Assembly: GCA_963663895.2 (NCBI GenBank)
Contig: CAXXRD010000003.1
Location: forward strand, 96,001 to 160,000
Length of the DNA stretch: 64,000 nt
DNA from: Dehalococcoidia bacterium
GTDB lineage: Bacteria > Chloroflexota > Dehalococcoidia > Bin125
Direction of reading: 5' to 3'
The translations under genes were made by a program, and so were the position numbers. Of the stretch, positions 28,255 to 38,216 are shown in pieces. The notes under the pieces were generated by a model. It had not been told where the DNA came from and did not search any database. It was given only the letters and a program-made list of their open reading frames with translations. Each line of letters opens with the position of its first letter. Positions within the stretch are counted from its first letter, which is position 1.

Positions 28255-29088
28255 ATGCGGCGGTCGCCGATAGCAGTGGCGCAGGGAGCGTCGGAAGAGC
28301 AGCGAAACCTCTATCGCGAGCTGTTCCGACAGCAGAGCGATCGCCTCTGGAACGCGGATCGCGATGTCGACTGGAGCCTCGGACCCAAGATCCCGTCCGA
28401 AAAGCGTGAGCCTTGGCTAAAGCTCGTGAATGTTTTCTACGGACTCGAGTACATGGGCCTCGAAACCATTCAGGTGATGATGAGCAAGGCTACCCATCAA
28501 CTCCGCGACCCTAATCTCAACCTCTACCTGGCCGCCCAGTGCCAGGACGAGGCGCGGCATGCCTACGTGCTGGATCGCTATCTGGAGGCGGCCGACGGGA
28601 AGGGCATGCTCAGCGGGCTGGAATCCGGCCTGATCGACAAGTTCGGCACAATCGCCTCTTTCGGCTTCTTTCGCGTGGAGAATTGGCTGACGTCCACGCT
28701 CTTCAGCGAGAATTTCGCGGCACTGTTCCTGCAGATGAGCCGCGGCCTCCCGGATATCGACCCGCTGGCGGCGGATATCTTCCGATTCATCCTGCGCGAC
28801 GAAGTGCGCCACGTGAACTTCCTGCATACGGTGTTGCCAGGCCTGATTGGGAATCTCTCACGGATAGGACGGATCTACTTGTGGCAGAGCCAGCTCTTGC
28901 TCGTCAGCGCGGTGAGCGTTGGATTGCGGCGAGCGAAGCCGCACGCAGTCGCGATCGGCATTGACATCGAAGAGTTTAAGGACACGCTGACCGGCAATCT
29001 GGACGCACAGTTCCGCGACGCCGGAATCGACGAATTCCTCCAAGCGGCCGCGTACCGACGCGTGATGGATCGCTTTATCCCCACCTAG
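28255..29088 (+). CDS. Ferritin-like diiron-carboxylate protein
   Basis: E...QDEARH and E...RDEVRH iron-ligand pattern; W....DVDWS N-terminal motif. Confidence 0.78.
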   Translation: MRRSPIAVAQGASEEQRNLYRELFRQQSDRLWNADRDVDWSLGPKIPSEKREPWLKLVNVFYGLEYMGLETIQVMMSKATHQLRDPNLNLYLAAQCQDEARHAYVLDRYLEAADGKGMLSGLESGLIDKFGTIASFGFFRVENWLTSTLFSENFAALFLQMSRGLPDIDPLAADIFRFILRDEVRHVNFLHTVLPGLIGNLSRIGRIYLWQSQLLLVSAVSVGLRRAKPHAVAIGIDIEEFKDTLTGNLDAQFRDAGIDEFLQAAAYRRVMDRFIPT

Positions 29089-29126
29089 GATTTCGCCCCC
29101 AGCAGGCGATACGGATCGGAGCCACT

Positions 29127-30290
29127 ATGACCGACTTCGCCCTCACCGAGACCGAACGCATGATCAAGAAGGTGGCGCACGACTTCGCCGTCAAAGAGAT
29201 GGCGCCGCGCGCGCTCGAGTACGACGAGCGCGAAGAGTTTCCCTGGGACATCGCGAAGAAGGGCGCGGCTTTGGGCCTGCACGGCGAGCCGCTGGCGGGC
29301 CCAGATCTCGACGAAGGAATTGGAAGCCTGATCATCGGTGAAGAGCTCGCCTGGGGCTGTGGCGGCATGGCGCTCTCGATGCTGGCCGGAGGTCTCGCGG
29401 CGACGGCGATCAACCTGATCGGCACGGAGGAGCAGCGTGATCGCTTCCTTCCAATGGCGCTGCCGCATGACGACGAGTTCCGCATCGGCGCGCTGGCACT
29501 GACGGAATCCGAATCGGGCTCGGACGCCGGAAAGATGAAGACCATCGCCAAGCGCGACGGCGACGATTACATCCTCTACGGCCAGAAGCGCTGGATCACC
29601 GGCGGCGGGATCGCGGACCTCACAGTGGTGTTTGCCACGGAAGACCCGGAGACGGGCTGGAAGGGCGTCTCGGCATTCGCCGTGCCCAAGGAGGCGCCGG
29701 GATTAGAAGAAACGCACGTCTGGAAGAAGATGGGGCTGCGCTGTAGCCACACGGCCGATTTGATGCTCAACGAGGTCCGGGTTCCGGCCGACCACCGGCT
29801 TGGGCCGCCGGGTCCCGAACACCGCAGTGGCGGCCGGGGCGCGCTGGGAACGCTAACCGGCACACGGCCGCAGATCGGGATCATGGCACTCGGGATCGGC
29901 CGTTCGGCGTTCGAGTACGCGGCCACCTTCGCCAAGATGCGTCAGTCGTTTGGACAGCCGATCATTGAGCATCAGGGCGTCGGCTTCATGCTGGCGGACA
30001 TGGACATCGCGCTGGATGCGGCACGACTATTGTGCTGGCGTGCCGGGTGGATGCTGAGCCGCGGCGAGGAGCTCACCCTGGAAGAGGCAAGCAAGGCCAA
30101 GGCCTTTGCAAGCGACGCCGCAATGAAGGTCACCACGGATGCCGTCCAAGTACTCGGCGGCTCCGGTTACATGCGCGATAACCCCGGCGAGAAGTGGATG
30201 CGCGACGCCAAGGTCTTTCAAATCTTTGAGGGAACGAACCAGATTCAACGGCTGACCATCAGCCGCAACATCCAGGCGCGTCAGTTCTAG
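29127..30290 (+). CDS. Acyl-CoA dehydrogenase
   Basis: ALTESESGSD, GQKRWIT, KKMGLR, RQSFGQPI, QVLGGSGY, RDAKVFQIFEGTNQIQR. Confidence 0.95.
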   Translation: MTDFALTETERMIKKVAHDFAVKEMAPRALEYDEREEFPWDIAKKGAALGLHGEPLAGPDLDEGIGSLIIGEELAWGCGGMALSMLAGGLAATAINLIGTEEQRDRFLPMALPHDDEFRIGALALTESESGSDAGKMKTIAKRDGDDYILYGQKRWITGGGIADLTVVFATEDPETGWKGVSAFAVPKEAPGLEETHVWKKMGLRCSHTADLMLNEVRVPADHRLGPPGPEHRSGGRGALGTLTGTRPQIGIMALGIGRSAFEYAATFAKMRQSFGQPIIEHQGVGFMLADMDIALDAARLLCWRAGWMLSRGEELTLEEASKAKAFASDAAMKVTTDAVQVLGGSGYMRDNPGEKWMRDAKVFQIFEGTNQIQRLTISRNIQARQF

Positions 30291-30321
30291 GGCACCCGTC
30301 ACTCCTCGGTAGGCTGGCGAC

Positions 30322-30888
30322 ATGGGCGCCCGTTGGGAACGACGCACCAGCGAGTTGCTGGCCGATTACCAATTCTTCCGCGTGCGCCGCGACACCAGCG
30401 TCCACCCACGCCGAGGGTCGTCGCACGAGTTCTACGTGATCGAGTTCCCCGACTGGGTGAACATCCTCCCGATCACGGCGGAGGGGGAGCTGCTCATGGT
30501 GCGGCAGTATCGCCATGGAGCGCGGGAGTCCACGATCGAGATTCCCGGGGGCACGGTTGACGAGGGCGAGTCGCCCAAGGAAGCGGCGCTGCGGGAGCTG
30601 CACGAGGAGACAGGCTGGATCGCAGCGGACGCGGTGGAGCTGGGCTGGGTCTATCCCAATCCGGCGATCTTCGAGAACCGCTGCTATAGCTTTCTGGCCG
30701 AAGGCTTGGATCGGGAGGGCACGCCGCGTGGTGACGATGGAAGTGAAGCGATCGACGCGCTCGTGCGCATACCGTTGACCGAGGTTCCACGACTATTCGC
30801 GGAGGGTCAGATCACGCACGCGCTGACGGTGAGCGCCTTCCAACTGCACGCGCGCTATCACAAGAGGCCGCTCTGGGACGGCGGCTAG
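30322..30888 (+). CDS. NUDIX hydrolase (ADP-ribose pyrophosphatase-like)
   Basis: VRQYRHG, EIPGGTVDEGESPKEAALRELHEETG. Confidence 0.92.
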   Translation: MGARWERRTSELLADYQFFRVRRDTSVHPRRGSSHEFYVIEFPDWVNILPITAEGELLMVRQYRHGARESTIEIPGGTVDEGESPKEAALRELHEETGWIAADAVELGWVYPNPAIFENRCYSFLAEGLDREGTPRGDDGSEAIDALVRIPLTEVPRLFAEGQITHALTVSAFQLHARYHKRPLWDGG

Positions 30889-30889
30889 C

Positions 30890-31288
30890 CTAGGCGGAGC
30901 CTGCACCCGGCAGCGACGTGCGCCACTTGGTGATGTCGAAGCTGTCGGGCATCTCGATGCAGACCGTTCGGCATGCGGCGCCGAGGCTGCGGGTGATATG
31001 ACCGCGGCCCGTGACATCCTCGGCGAAGATGATGCCGCCATCGGGAACGCGGACGCTGCTGCCGTCCGCTGCCTCGATCTCGGTTTCGCCGCCCATGTTG
31101 ATGACGAACTGACGGCGCGGGGCATTGTGGTAGCCGAGGCGGAGATCGGCGCGCGTGTCACGAAAGAGCACGCCCGTGGCGCGCTCCAGCCGCGAGACCA
31201 GCCCTACGCCGGAGGACTCTAGGGGAATTTCGACCCGCTCGATCCGCGACTCGCCATCATCCCCCGGGTAGATCCGGATTACTTCCAC
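30890..31288 (-). CDS. Cupin-like protein, tandem copy 2
   Basis: YHNAPRRQFVINMGG, FAEDVTGRGHI, MPDSFDITKW. Confidence 0.8.
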   Translation of the reverse strand: MEVIRIYPGDDGESRIERVEIPLESSGVGLVSRLERATGVLFRDTRADLRLGYHNAPRRQFVINMGGETEIEAADGSSVRVPDGGIIFAEDVTGRGHITRSLGAACRTVCIEMPDSFDITKWRTSLPGAGSA

Positions 31289-31650
31289 CGTGTGATGTCG
31301 AAGCTGTCGGGCATGATGATGAAGAGCGAGTGGCGGGGGCCAGTGAGGCCGCGACTGATGTGGCCGTGGCCGGTGACGTCTTCGGCGAAGATGATGTCCC
31401 CGTCGCCGATGGTCACCTTCGAGCCATCCGCAACCTCAATTTCGGTTTGGCCACCCATGTTGACGACGAACTGGCGAGCCGGGGCATTGTGGTAGTCCAG
31501 GAAGAAGTCGGCGGGGGTCTCGCGGAAGATCACGCCAGTCACGCCTTCCATCTTGGAAACATGTCCAAGTTCTGAGGCCTCCATCGGCACCTCGATCGTC
31601 TCAAGGTGGGATTCGGTGTCCTCGCCGGTGTAGATTCGGTGAATAATCAT
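31279..31650 (-). CDS. Cupin-like protein, tandem copy 1
   Basis: RIYTGED.ESH, YHNAPARQFVVNMGG, FAEDVTGHGHI; GAGGAG RBS. Confidence 0.82.
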   Translation of the reverse strand: MIIHRIYTGEDTESHLETIEVPMEASELGHVSKMEGVTGVIFRETPADFFLDYHNAPARQFVVNMGGQTEIEVADGSKVTIGDGDIIFAEDVTGHGHISRGLTGPRHSLFIIMPDSFDITRWK

Positions 31651-31761
31651 GCCTGGGCTCCTCGGTCAGGGCGGGGTGTGCGGCTTTCCCGAGGATCATA
31701 GGGGAATTTTCCTGCCCCCGCCGGAGCGGCGCGGTTGATCGGGCGGCTGAGGCGGACGCCT

Positions 31762-33510
31762 TCAGCGCGGGTCGGGCGGCAGGACCCGCACGGTGATGAT
31801 GTCCGTACCGTGGTACTGCTGGTGCGTCACGGAGGCGGCATAGCTCCGCAGCAGCACCAGCGAGAGGTCCTGCTCGACCACGGTCAGCGTGTCGTGCTGC
31901 TGGATCTGCCGGATCTGATCCTCGAGGTTGGCGCCCGTCCCTCCGCCAATGAACTCCAGGTCCGCCGCGGCTCCCTCACTCGAGGCAAGCACCACCAGTT
32001 GCCGCTCCGTTGGCTGCTGCTCCTCGCCGTCCGAACTCAGATCCAGCGGCGCGAGCGTGAGGAGTGTCTCCTCCGCGACCGCGCCCAACCGCTCTTGCAT
32101 CGCCGTGTCCCACCCCCGGCGCTGCGCGAACCGAGTGAGGAACGCGTTGAGCTCCGGCAGGGCCGCGACGTCGAGCGGTGCCTGGAAGCGCAGACGCCGA
32201 GGATTCGTGAACTCCAAATACAGGATCATCACGATGGCGGCCAGCCCGCCCGTGGTGATGCCGCTCTTCAGCAGCGCCCCCCCAACCGGGCCCACGTCGG
32301 GCAGGGCGAACAGCTCGAACTGGAACGCCGCCGCGATCCAGAAGCACACCCCCGCCACCACGATCTTCTCATGGCGCTGCTCATGCTGGATGACCGTGCG
32401 CGCGCCATCGACGAACAGGGCACCCGTCACCATGATCAGGTACCCTGTCATCACGGGCCCCGGGATGCTGCTCAGCACCGCCGACACCTTGGGCAGGAAC
32501 GCCACTCCCAGCAGGAGAAGCCCAATGCTGTACCCCATCCGGCGGGCAGCGATGCCGGTGATCTGCGTGAACGGAATGATGGCCGGGTTGATGGCGTTGG
32601 GCACCGTGCCCGCCAGCCCGGCGAATAGGTTACTGGCCCCCGCCCCCGCCACGGCGCCCTGCACCTGCCGGAAGTCGGCGGCGCGGTCGTCTCGCCAGGC
32701 GACTCGCTGCATGGCGATCGCCGCGCCGTTCGCCTGGATGGCGATGATCACGCCGAGGAAGAGAAAGGCCGGCACCAGTGTCCAGAAGTCGACGCTGAAG
32801 TCCAGCGCCAGCCCGGGCGCCTCGCTCGGCAGCCCGACCCACGCGGCCTCGGTGATCCGCGCCGTGTCGTAGATGCCCAGCCCTCCGGCCACGAGGCAGC
32901 CCCCCACGATACCCGCCAGCGGTCCCCAGAACCGCAGGATCGCCGATCCGCGTAGCATGAGCGCCGCCGCCACCCCCAGCGTCGCGAGGGCGGTCAACGC
33001 CGCCGCATTCGGCTCCGCCCGTGTGGCCGTGTCGAGCAGGTCGAACACGACCGAGGCCAGAGTGATGGACAGGATCATCATCACCGTGCCGCCCACCGTC
33101 GGCGTGACGAAACGTCGCAGGAGGAACAACCAGCGGGAGGCGACCAGCTGGACCCCCGCCGCGACGAGGAGCAGCGTCGTGAGCGTGGCGGGGCCACCAT
33201 CCACCAGTGCGGTGATGCAGAAGGGGATGGAGAAGGCGGCGGTGAACATCGGCAGCACCGCACCCGCGCCCACGCTGCCTAGCCGCCGTACCTGAATGAT
33301 CGTCGAGAGCCCCACCACCACTAGAGAGGCGAAGACCATCCAGGTCACATAGGTGCCGCCTCGGTCCGCGGCGTTCGCGACGATCACGGGGGTCACCAGG
33401 AGCGTGGCGGCGGCGATCAGGCTGAACTGCAGGCCGTAGCCGAGCGTAGGCAGCAGGGGCGGCTGCTCGTCCGCCTCGTACCGCGGGCTCCCCGAAGCCG
33501 GCAGTGTCAT
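31762..33510 (-). CDS. NCS2 (xanthine/uracil) permease homolog with extra C-terminal soluble domain
   Basis: YEADEQPP..LGYGLQ, VGAGAVL, FVTPTVGG, TGIAARR, FLPKVSAVLSSIPGPV; about 140-aa soluble tail. Confidence 0.85.
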   Translation of the reverse strand: MTLPASGSPRYEADEQPPLLPTLGYGLQFSLIAAATLLVTPVIVANAADRGGTYVTWMVFASLVVVGLSTIIQVRRLGSVGAGAVLPMFTAAFSIPFCITALVDGGPATLTTLLLVAAGVQLVASRWLFLLRRFVTPTVGGTVMMILSITLASVVFDLLDTATRAEPNAAALTALATLGVAAALMLRGSAILRFWGPLAGIVGGCLVAGGLGIYDTARITEAAWVGLPSEAPGLALDFSVDFWTLVPAFLFLGVIIAIQANGAAIAMQRVAWRDDRAADFRQVQGAVAGAGASNLFAGLAGTVPNAINPAIIPFTQITGIAARRMGYSIGLLLLGVAFLPKVSAVLSSIPGPVMTGYLIMVTGALFVDGARTVIQHEQRHEKIVVAGVCFWIAAAFQFELFALPDVGPVGGALLKSGITTGGLAAIVMILYLEFTNPRRLRFQAPLDVAALPELNAFLTRFAQRRGWDTAMQERLGAVAEETLLTLAPLDLSSDGEEQQPTERQLVVLASSEGAAADLEFIGGGTGANLEDQIRQIQQHDTLTVVEQDLSLVLLRSYAASVTHQQYHGTDIITVRVLPPDPR

Positions 33511-33800
33511 CGCAACGCTCTCTCGTCCGGTCGCCCATCGCGGGCTGCGGGCCAGTACGACCCCGCGCGCTCTGGCGCCCCATTCTAGGGGCGGCGGCGG
33601 GATGCGGCAGTGCCAGGGCGCGGTTCACCGGGCGGGCGCAGTGCGCGGCAGCGTTGACCGCTTGCCGCAGGGAGGATTGTTGCAGCGTGGGGAAGCGGCG
33701 CCTCGCGGTACGCTGCGTTGACAGGGCAGTGCGCGGTCGCGATATTGACCGCTGGTGAGGCTTTTCTATCACCCTTCTATCATGCTGAGGAGGTCGCTGG

Positions 33801-34121
33801 ATGGGTAAGTATTTGCTGCAGGCGAGCTACACGCAGGAAGGTCTCGCTGGTTTGAGCAAGGAGGGGGGAACGAGCCGAAGGGCGGCTCTGACGGAGACCA
33901 TTGGGGGCGTGGGTGGCAGCTTGGAGTCGTTCTACTACGCCTTCGGCAAGGACGATCTCTTCATCATCGCCGATCTGCCCGACGACGCAGCGGCGACGGC
34001 CGTATCCCTCGCCCTCGGTGCCGCCGGCGCCCTCACGGTCAGTGTCACGGTGCTGATCACCGCGGAGACCGTGGACGAGGCCATCGCCAAGAGCGTGCCC
34101 TACCGTCCTCCCGGATCCTGA
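33801..34121 (+). CDS. GYD-domain protein
   Basis: YLLQASYT.EG..G, GGSLESFYYAFGKDD, YRPPG; GAGGAGG RBS. Confidence 0.88.
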   Translation: MGKYLLQASYTQEGLAGLSKEGGTSRRAALTETIGGVGGSLESFYYAFGKDDLFIIADLPDDAAATAVSLALGAAGALTVSVTVLITAETVDEAIAKSVPYRPPGS

Positions 34122-34311
34122 GCATCCTCTTCGCCGGAGCGAGAAGCGCCGCATCACCGCGCGGCCCAGATGCGACGCGGGCGGTCGCTTCAGTTCAGAC
34201 GCGTGATGGAGAGAGAGCCCGGCCTCCGGCGGCAATGCCTATGTGTGGGCGGCGGACAACGCGGGGGCGGTGAACAATCAGGCGCTCTCCTGAGATGGGG
34301 ATAGCGTGTGG

Positions 34312-35025
34312 CTAACGCTCTCGTCGGTCCGCGGCAACCTCTGAGGCCGGCGGGAGATCGAGGGCAGCGGCAAGGGCGTCCAGGCCGGGCACGGTGAGGG
34401 CGGCGCCGGCGGCAAGCGACCAAGGGACGCCCCGCCGGTTCACCCAGACACAGGGGATTCCGAGTCGGGTAGCAGGTTCAACGTCGTGATAGGGAGATGC
34501 GGCGATATGCAACAGCTCGGTCGGTCGTAGACCGAGTCGCGCCAGCGCCTCGGTCCAGTGGGCGGCGGCCGGCTTGTAGCTGCGCACGTCCTCGGCCGTG
34601 ACCAAAGCGTCGAAAGGGACTTCGAGCTTGTGGATACTTTGATGGAGAACGGCGTTCGTAATGTTGGAGAGGATCAGGAGCGGTTTGCCGAGAGCACGGA
34701 GGCGGCGCAAAAAGGGTGACGCGTCCGGGAAGGCAGGCCAGTCCGGAATGGAGGCGGCGAATCCACGGGCCTCGCAATCGCTCACACGGCCACCGAAGGC
34801 CTCTGCGGTTTGCTGCAGCGAACGAGCCAGGACCGTCTCATAGGGAAGGTAGGCGCCCGCTTCGATCTCCATCTCGATTCGCTCGCGTCTGAGGACGAAA
34901 GCGTCGAGATCGAGGCCATTGAGAGCTGGGATCGCCTGGAGCGCAGCATGGATCCCTGCATCCCAGTCGATGAGGGTGCCGTAGCAGTCGAACGTGAACG
35001 CACGGGCCGGGCGGGAGAGAGTCAT
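34312..35025 (-). CDS. Haloacid dehalogenase type II-like HAD hydrolase
   Basis: TFDCYGTLIDW, LSN, TAEDVRSYKP, LHIAAS.YHD. Confidence 0.88.
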   Translation of the reverse strand: MTLSRPARAFTFDCYGTLIDWDAGIHAALQAIPALNGLDLDAFVLRRERIEMEIEAGAYLPYETVLARSLQQTAEAFGGRVSDCEARGFAASIPDWPAFPDASPFLRRLRALGKPLLILSNITNAVLHQSIHKLEVPFDALVTAEDVRSYKPAAAHWTEALARLGLRPTELLHIAASPYHDVEPATRLGIPCVWVNRRGVPWSLAAGAALTVPGLDALAAALDLPPASEVAADRRER

Positions 35026-36205
35026 GGCTCCCTCTCGCCCCAGCCAATGGCGGCGTCGCCGTAGCGCTGTTTGATGCGGGCAACGGCGGTATCGAGCGCT
35101 GCCGTGTGCTGAAACTCCTCACCCGCCGTCGCCTCGACCTGATCGAAGAGGCCAAGCTGACCTGCGGGCTCGGGCTCGCTGAGATTGGAAACCCCAACTC
35201 CCACCAGCGGAACTGGCGCCCGGGCGTGAGTTCCCGCCTCAAGAGGCCCAAGGCTTCCGTCGCGATCACCGCTTCCTCATCAATAGGGAGGGGCAGGGTG
35301 TGGCGACGGGTGAACGTGGTGAAGTCCGCCAGCCGCAGCTTGACCTGAACGGTGCGAGCACGCAGCTTGCCGCTTTTGAGCTGCCGCGCGACGGACGCCG
35401 CCTGCTCGCGGACTATCTCCTCTAGGTGACCGCGATCGCGCGAGTCCTCTGCGAAGGTGGCCTCGGAAGAGATCGACTTGCGCTCTCGCCTGGGGTTGAC
35501 GGCAGAGTCGTCCGCCCCGATCGCCAGCTGATGGAACCACTCGCCACGGACACCGAAGCGATCGATCAGCCAGGGCAGGGGCCGCTCGGCCAGCTGGCCA
35601 ACAGTGGTGACGCCCGCCCGCTCCAGACGCGCGGCGGTCTTGAGGCCCACGCCCCAAAGATCACGTACGGGAAGCGGCGCCAGCACGGCACGCTCTTTGC
35701 CCGGTGGCACGACCGTGAGACCATCCGGCTTGTCCATGCCCGAGGCGATCTTGGCGAGCGATTTCGAGGTAGCGACGCCGCAGGAGACGGTGAGCCGCGT
35801 CTCGGATCGGACGGTACCCTTGATCCAGCGGGCGAGATCCTCCGGCGTTCGCCCGCTCTCCACACGCTGGCTGACATCAAGGAAGGCCTCGTCAAGGGAG
35901 AGCGGTTCGACGAGAGGAGTGAGCCGACGGAAGACCGCCATGACCTGGTCACTCACCTCGCGGTAGCGGCTGAAGCGAGGCGGAATACGCTGCGCCTGCG
36001 GACAGAGACGCATCGCTGTTTTCATGGGCATCGCAGAACGACAGCCGAAGTCGCGAGCCTCGTAAGAGGCAGCAGCGACTACGCCGCGCGCCTCGGGCGA
36101 GCCGCCCACTAAGATGGGCTTGCCGCGCAGTTCGGAGTGATCGCGCTGTTCAATGGAGGCATAGAAAGCATCCATATCCGCGTGGATGATGTGTCGGAGG
36201 GGCAT
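35022..36205 (-). CDS. dinB: DNA polymerase IV; 1-nt frameshift near 35207
   Basis: HADMDAFYASIEQRD, AASYEAR, SLDEAF, AKIASGMDKPDG; R(L)VGVGVSNL and QLGLF clamp motif continue in the ORF 35022..35204 frame. Confidence 0.92.
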
Positions 36206-36298
36206 GCCTGCACGGTAGCAGCCGCGCGAACCGCCGCGACGGCGGTCGATCGCGTCGCTGACGGGACATTCGCGGTACTAGTAACGACATAACGTATC

Positions 36299-36927
36299 AT
36301 GGGATTGTTGAGTTGGTGGAGCAGGCGGGCGGCGGGCGCTGATGCGTTTCAGCAGGCGGAATGGCTGCTCGAAGCGGCAAGACGGCTGAGCGAGCAAGGC
36401 GAGCGGGAAGCAGCCCGACGAGGAGGAAGCCGAGCAGCGAAGATGCTCGCGGCCGCCGAGCGGGCCGGATTCGGCGACCAAGCCCACTTGGACCTGCGCA
36501 TGGGAGAAGCCTTGCTGCTGTCGGGCAGACCCGAAGAAGCACGCGCACCTGCGCACCGGGCGGCGAGTGCGCGCCCATACGATGTCGATAGCCGGATCGT
36601 GCACGGACACGTGCGGCTGGCTCTGGGAGAGCTGCACGAGGCGGCACACGAGTTCGAGAGCGTGCTGGAGGAGTTCGGCGGCGACCCGGATGCCAAAGCG
36701 GGGCTGCTGGCTGTCGCGCTGGCGCGGGAAAGTGGATCGTCGAGGGAACGGAAACCGCGGCAGACTACGCGAAGGCGGGAGACGTCCTAATTAAGGCCTG
36801 GGACGCCGCCGATAGCGTCAAGGACCGTGTCCAGGCTCTGAAAGTGCTGCCCCCAGCGGGCGGCGACCCGCGGGTAGTCGAGGTAGTGGAGATGGCCGCA
36901 AAGCGACGGCACCAGCGGCGGCGCTAG
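36299..36927 (+). CDS. Tetratricopeptide-repeat protein; frameshift near 36730-36760
   Basis: TPR-like helices (LRMGEALLLSGRPEEA, HGHVRLALGELHEA); shifted frame continues DYAKAGDVLIKAW to TAG 36925-36927. Confidence 0.55.
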
Positions 36928-37044
36928 ATGTGGGTGACTTGACCGACCGCGGACCGCACACCAAGCAGAACGCTTTTCTCCGACAGCTGGCGTGAGAAAC
37001 GCCCCGCGCCCGGGCCGCTACATTGGAGGGGAGGAGGGTACGGC

Positions 37045-37350
37045 ATGGGGCTGATCGAGCGGCTGCGGCGGGCGACGCGCGGGCCGACGATCGGCCCCAC
37101 ACCCGCGGAGGTCGCGCGGGTGCGGCGAGCGCTCCGCATGGAGGCGCGGCGGCGGGGACAGCCCACGGGACTCTCCATGACGCAGCTGTTGGAGCACAGT
37201 ACGGAGCCGCTGCGGCAGGTCGACATCTACGCGGTGATCGCGCACCTCGCAGCCGAGGGGGAGGTGACCAACCTGCAGCAGCCCTCCGACGGCAACATGC
37301 GGTTCGACCTCACCGAGAAACTCACCAAGAAGAGCGATCACGCTCCCTAA
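37045..37350 (+). CDS. Hypothetical protein
   Basis: GGAGG-rich RBS, typical codon usage, fills the gap between genes. Confidence 0.6.
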   Translation: MGLIERLRRATRGPTIGPTPAEVARVRRALRMEARRRGQPTGLSMTQLLEHSTEPLRQVDIYAVIAHLAAEGEVTNLQQPSDGNMRFDLTEKLTKKSDHAP

Positions 37351-37451
37351 CGGCCCGCCCGTTGTTAGTTGATAGTGCGATCATAGGAAGGCGGCCCGAA
37401 CAGGCCCGCACGTCAAGGACGTCCGGCCAGTCAGGTATCTCTCTGTTCACG

Positions 37452-38216
37452 CTACGTGCGGGGAAGGCGCGCGGCGAAGCGCAGGCGAACGTAGTCGGCG
37501 GTCCAGCGGCCCGTCTGATCGCAGAGGCTCGGCCGAAGCCGCTCGATCACTTCCGCTAGAGCGCCGTCGCGGTCGCGGGGGTGGAGCTGCGAGAAGAAGC
37601 TCTCGCCGAAGGTGTCGAGCCAGCCCGCCATGTCCGTGGGGAGCGGAGTGGGGCGCGGGAATAGTGCGATGTTCTCGACGAGAAAGCCGCCAGTCTGGAG
37701 CTTGGCCGCGTAGGTCTCGGGCTTGGGAAAGTACCACGGCATCGGACCGCCGTCCTCGACGCCGCGCCGCGCCAAGACGGCCCGCAAGGCTTCAACGATC
37801 GTGGCGACGTTGTCGTGACCGCCAAACTCGGCCACGAAGCGGCCGCCGGGTTTCAGCGCGCGACGGACGCCCGCGATGACCGCGTCGGGGTCGGGCATCC
37901 AGTGCAGCGCGGCGTTGGAGAAGACGGCGTCGAACTCGGCCGAGAACGCGAGCCGTTGACCGTCCATCAGCCGCGCGTCCAAGCCCCGGCGCCGGGCCGC
38001 CTCCACCATGGCCGCCGCGCCGTCCACGCCGACGACCGTGCAGCCGACCTCCACGAGCTTCTCGGTCAGCGCGCCTTCGCCGCAGCCCAGGTCGAGGATG
38101 CGTTCGCCGGGTTGGGGGTCTAGCAGGGCAAGCGCGGCCAAGCCGAAGCCGGACACGAAACCGGCATGCTCGGTGTAGCGATCGGCTTGCCAAGATTGAT
38201 GTGGGTGAGCGGGCGT
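37452..38216 (-). CDS. Class I SAM-dependent methyltransferase; apparent ACG start
   Basis: WQADRY..HAGFV, ILDLGCGEG, FDAVFSNAALHW, LKPGGRFVAEFGG, WTADYVRLRF. Confidence 0.88.
   Translation of the reverse strand, partial: TPAHPHQSWQADRYTEHAGFVSGFGLAALALLDPQPGERILDLGCGEGALTEKLVEVGCTVVGVDGAAAMVEAARRRGLDARLMDGQRLAFSAEFDAVFSNAALHWMPDPDAVIAGVRRALKPGGRFVAEFGGHDNVATIVEALRAVLARRGVEDGGPMPWYFPKPETYAAKLQTGGFLVENIALFPRPTPLPTDMAGWLDTFGESFFSQLHPRDRDGALAEVIERLRPSLCDQTGRWTADYVRLRFAARLPRT

Noticed and set aside
35195-35215. Programmed frameshift in dinB
   Set aside because: No slippery sequence; lies in the indel-rich interval
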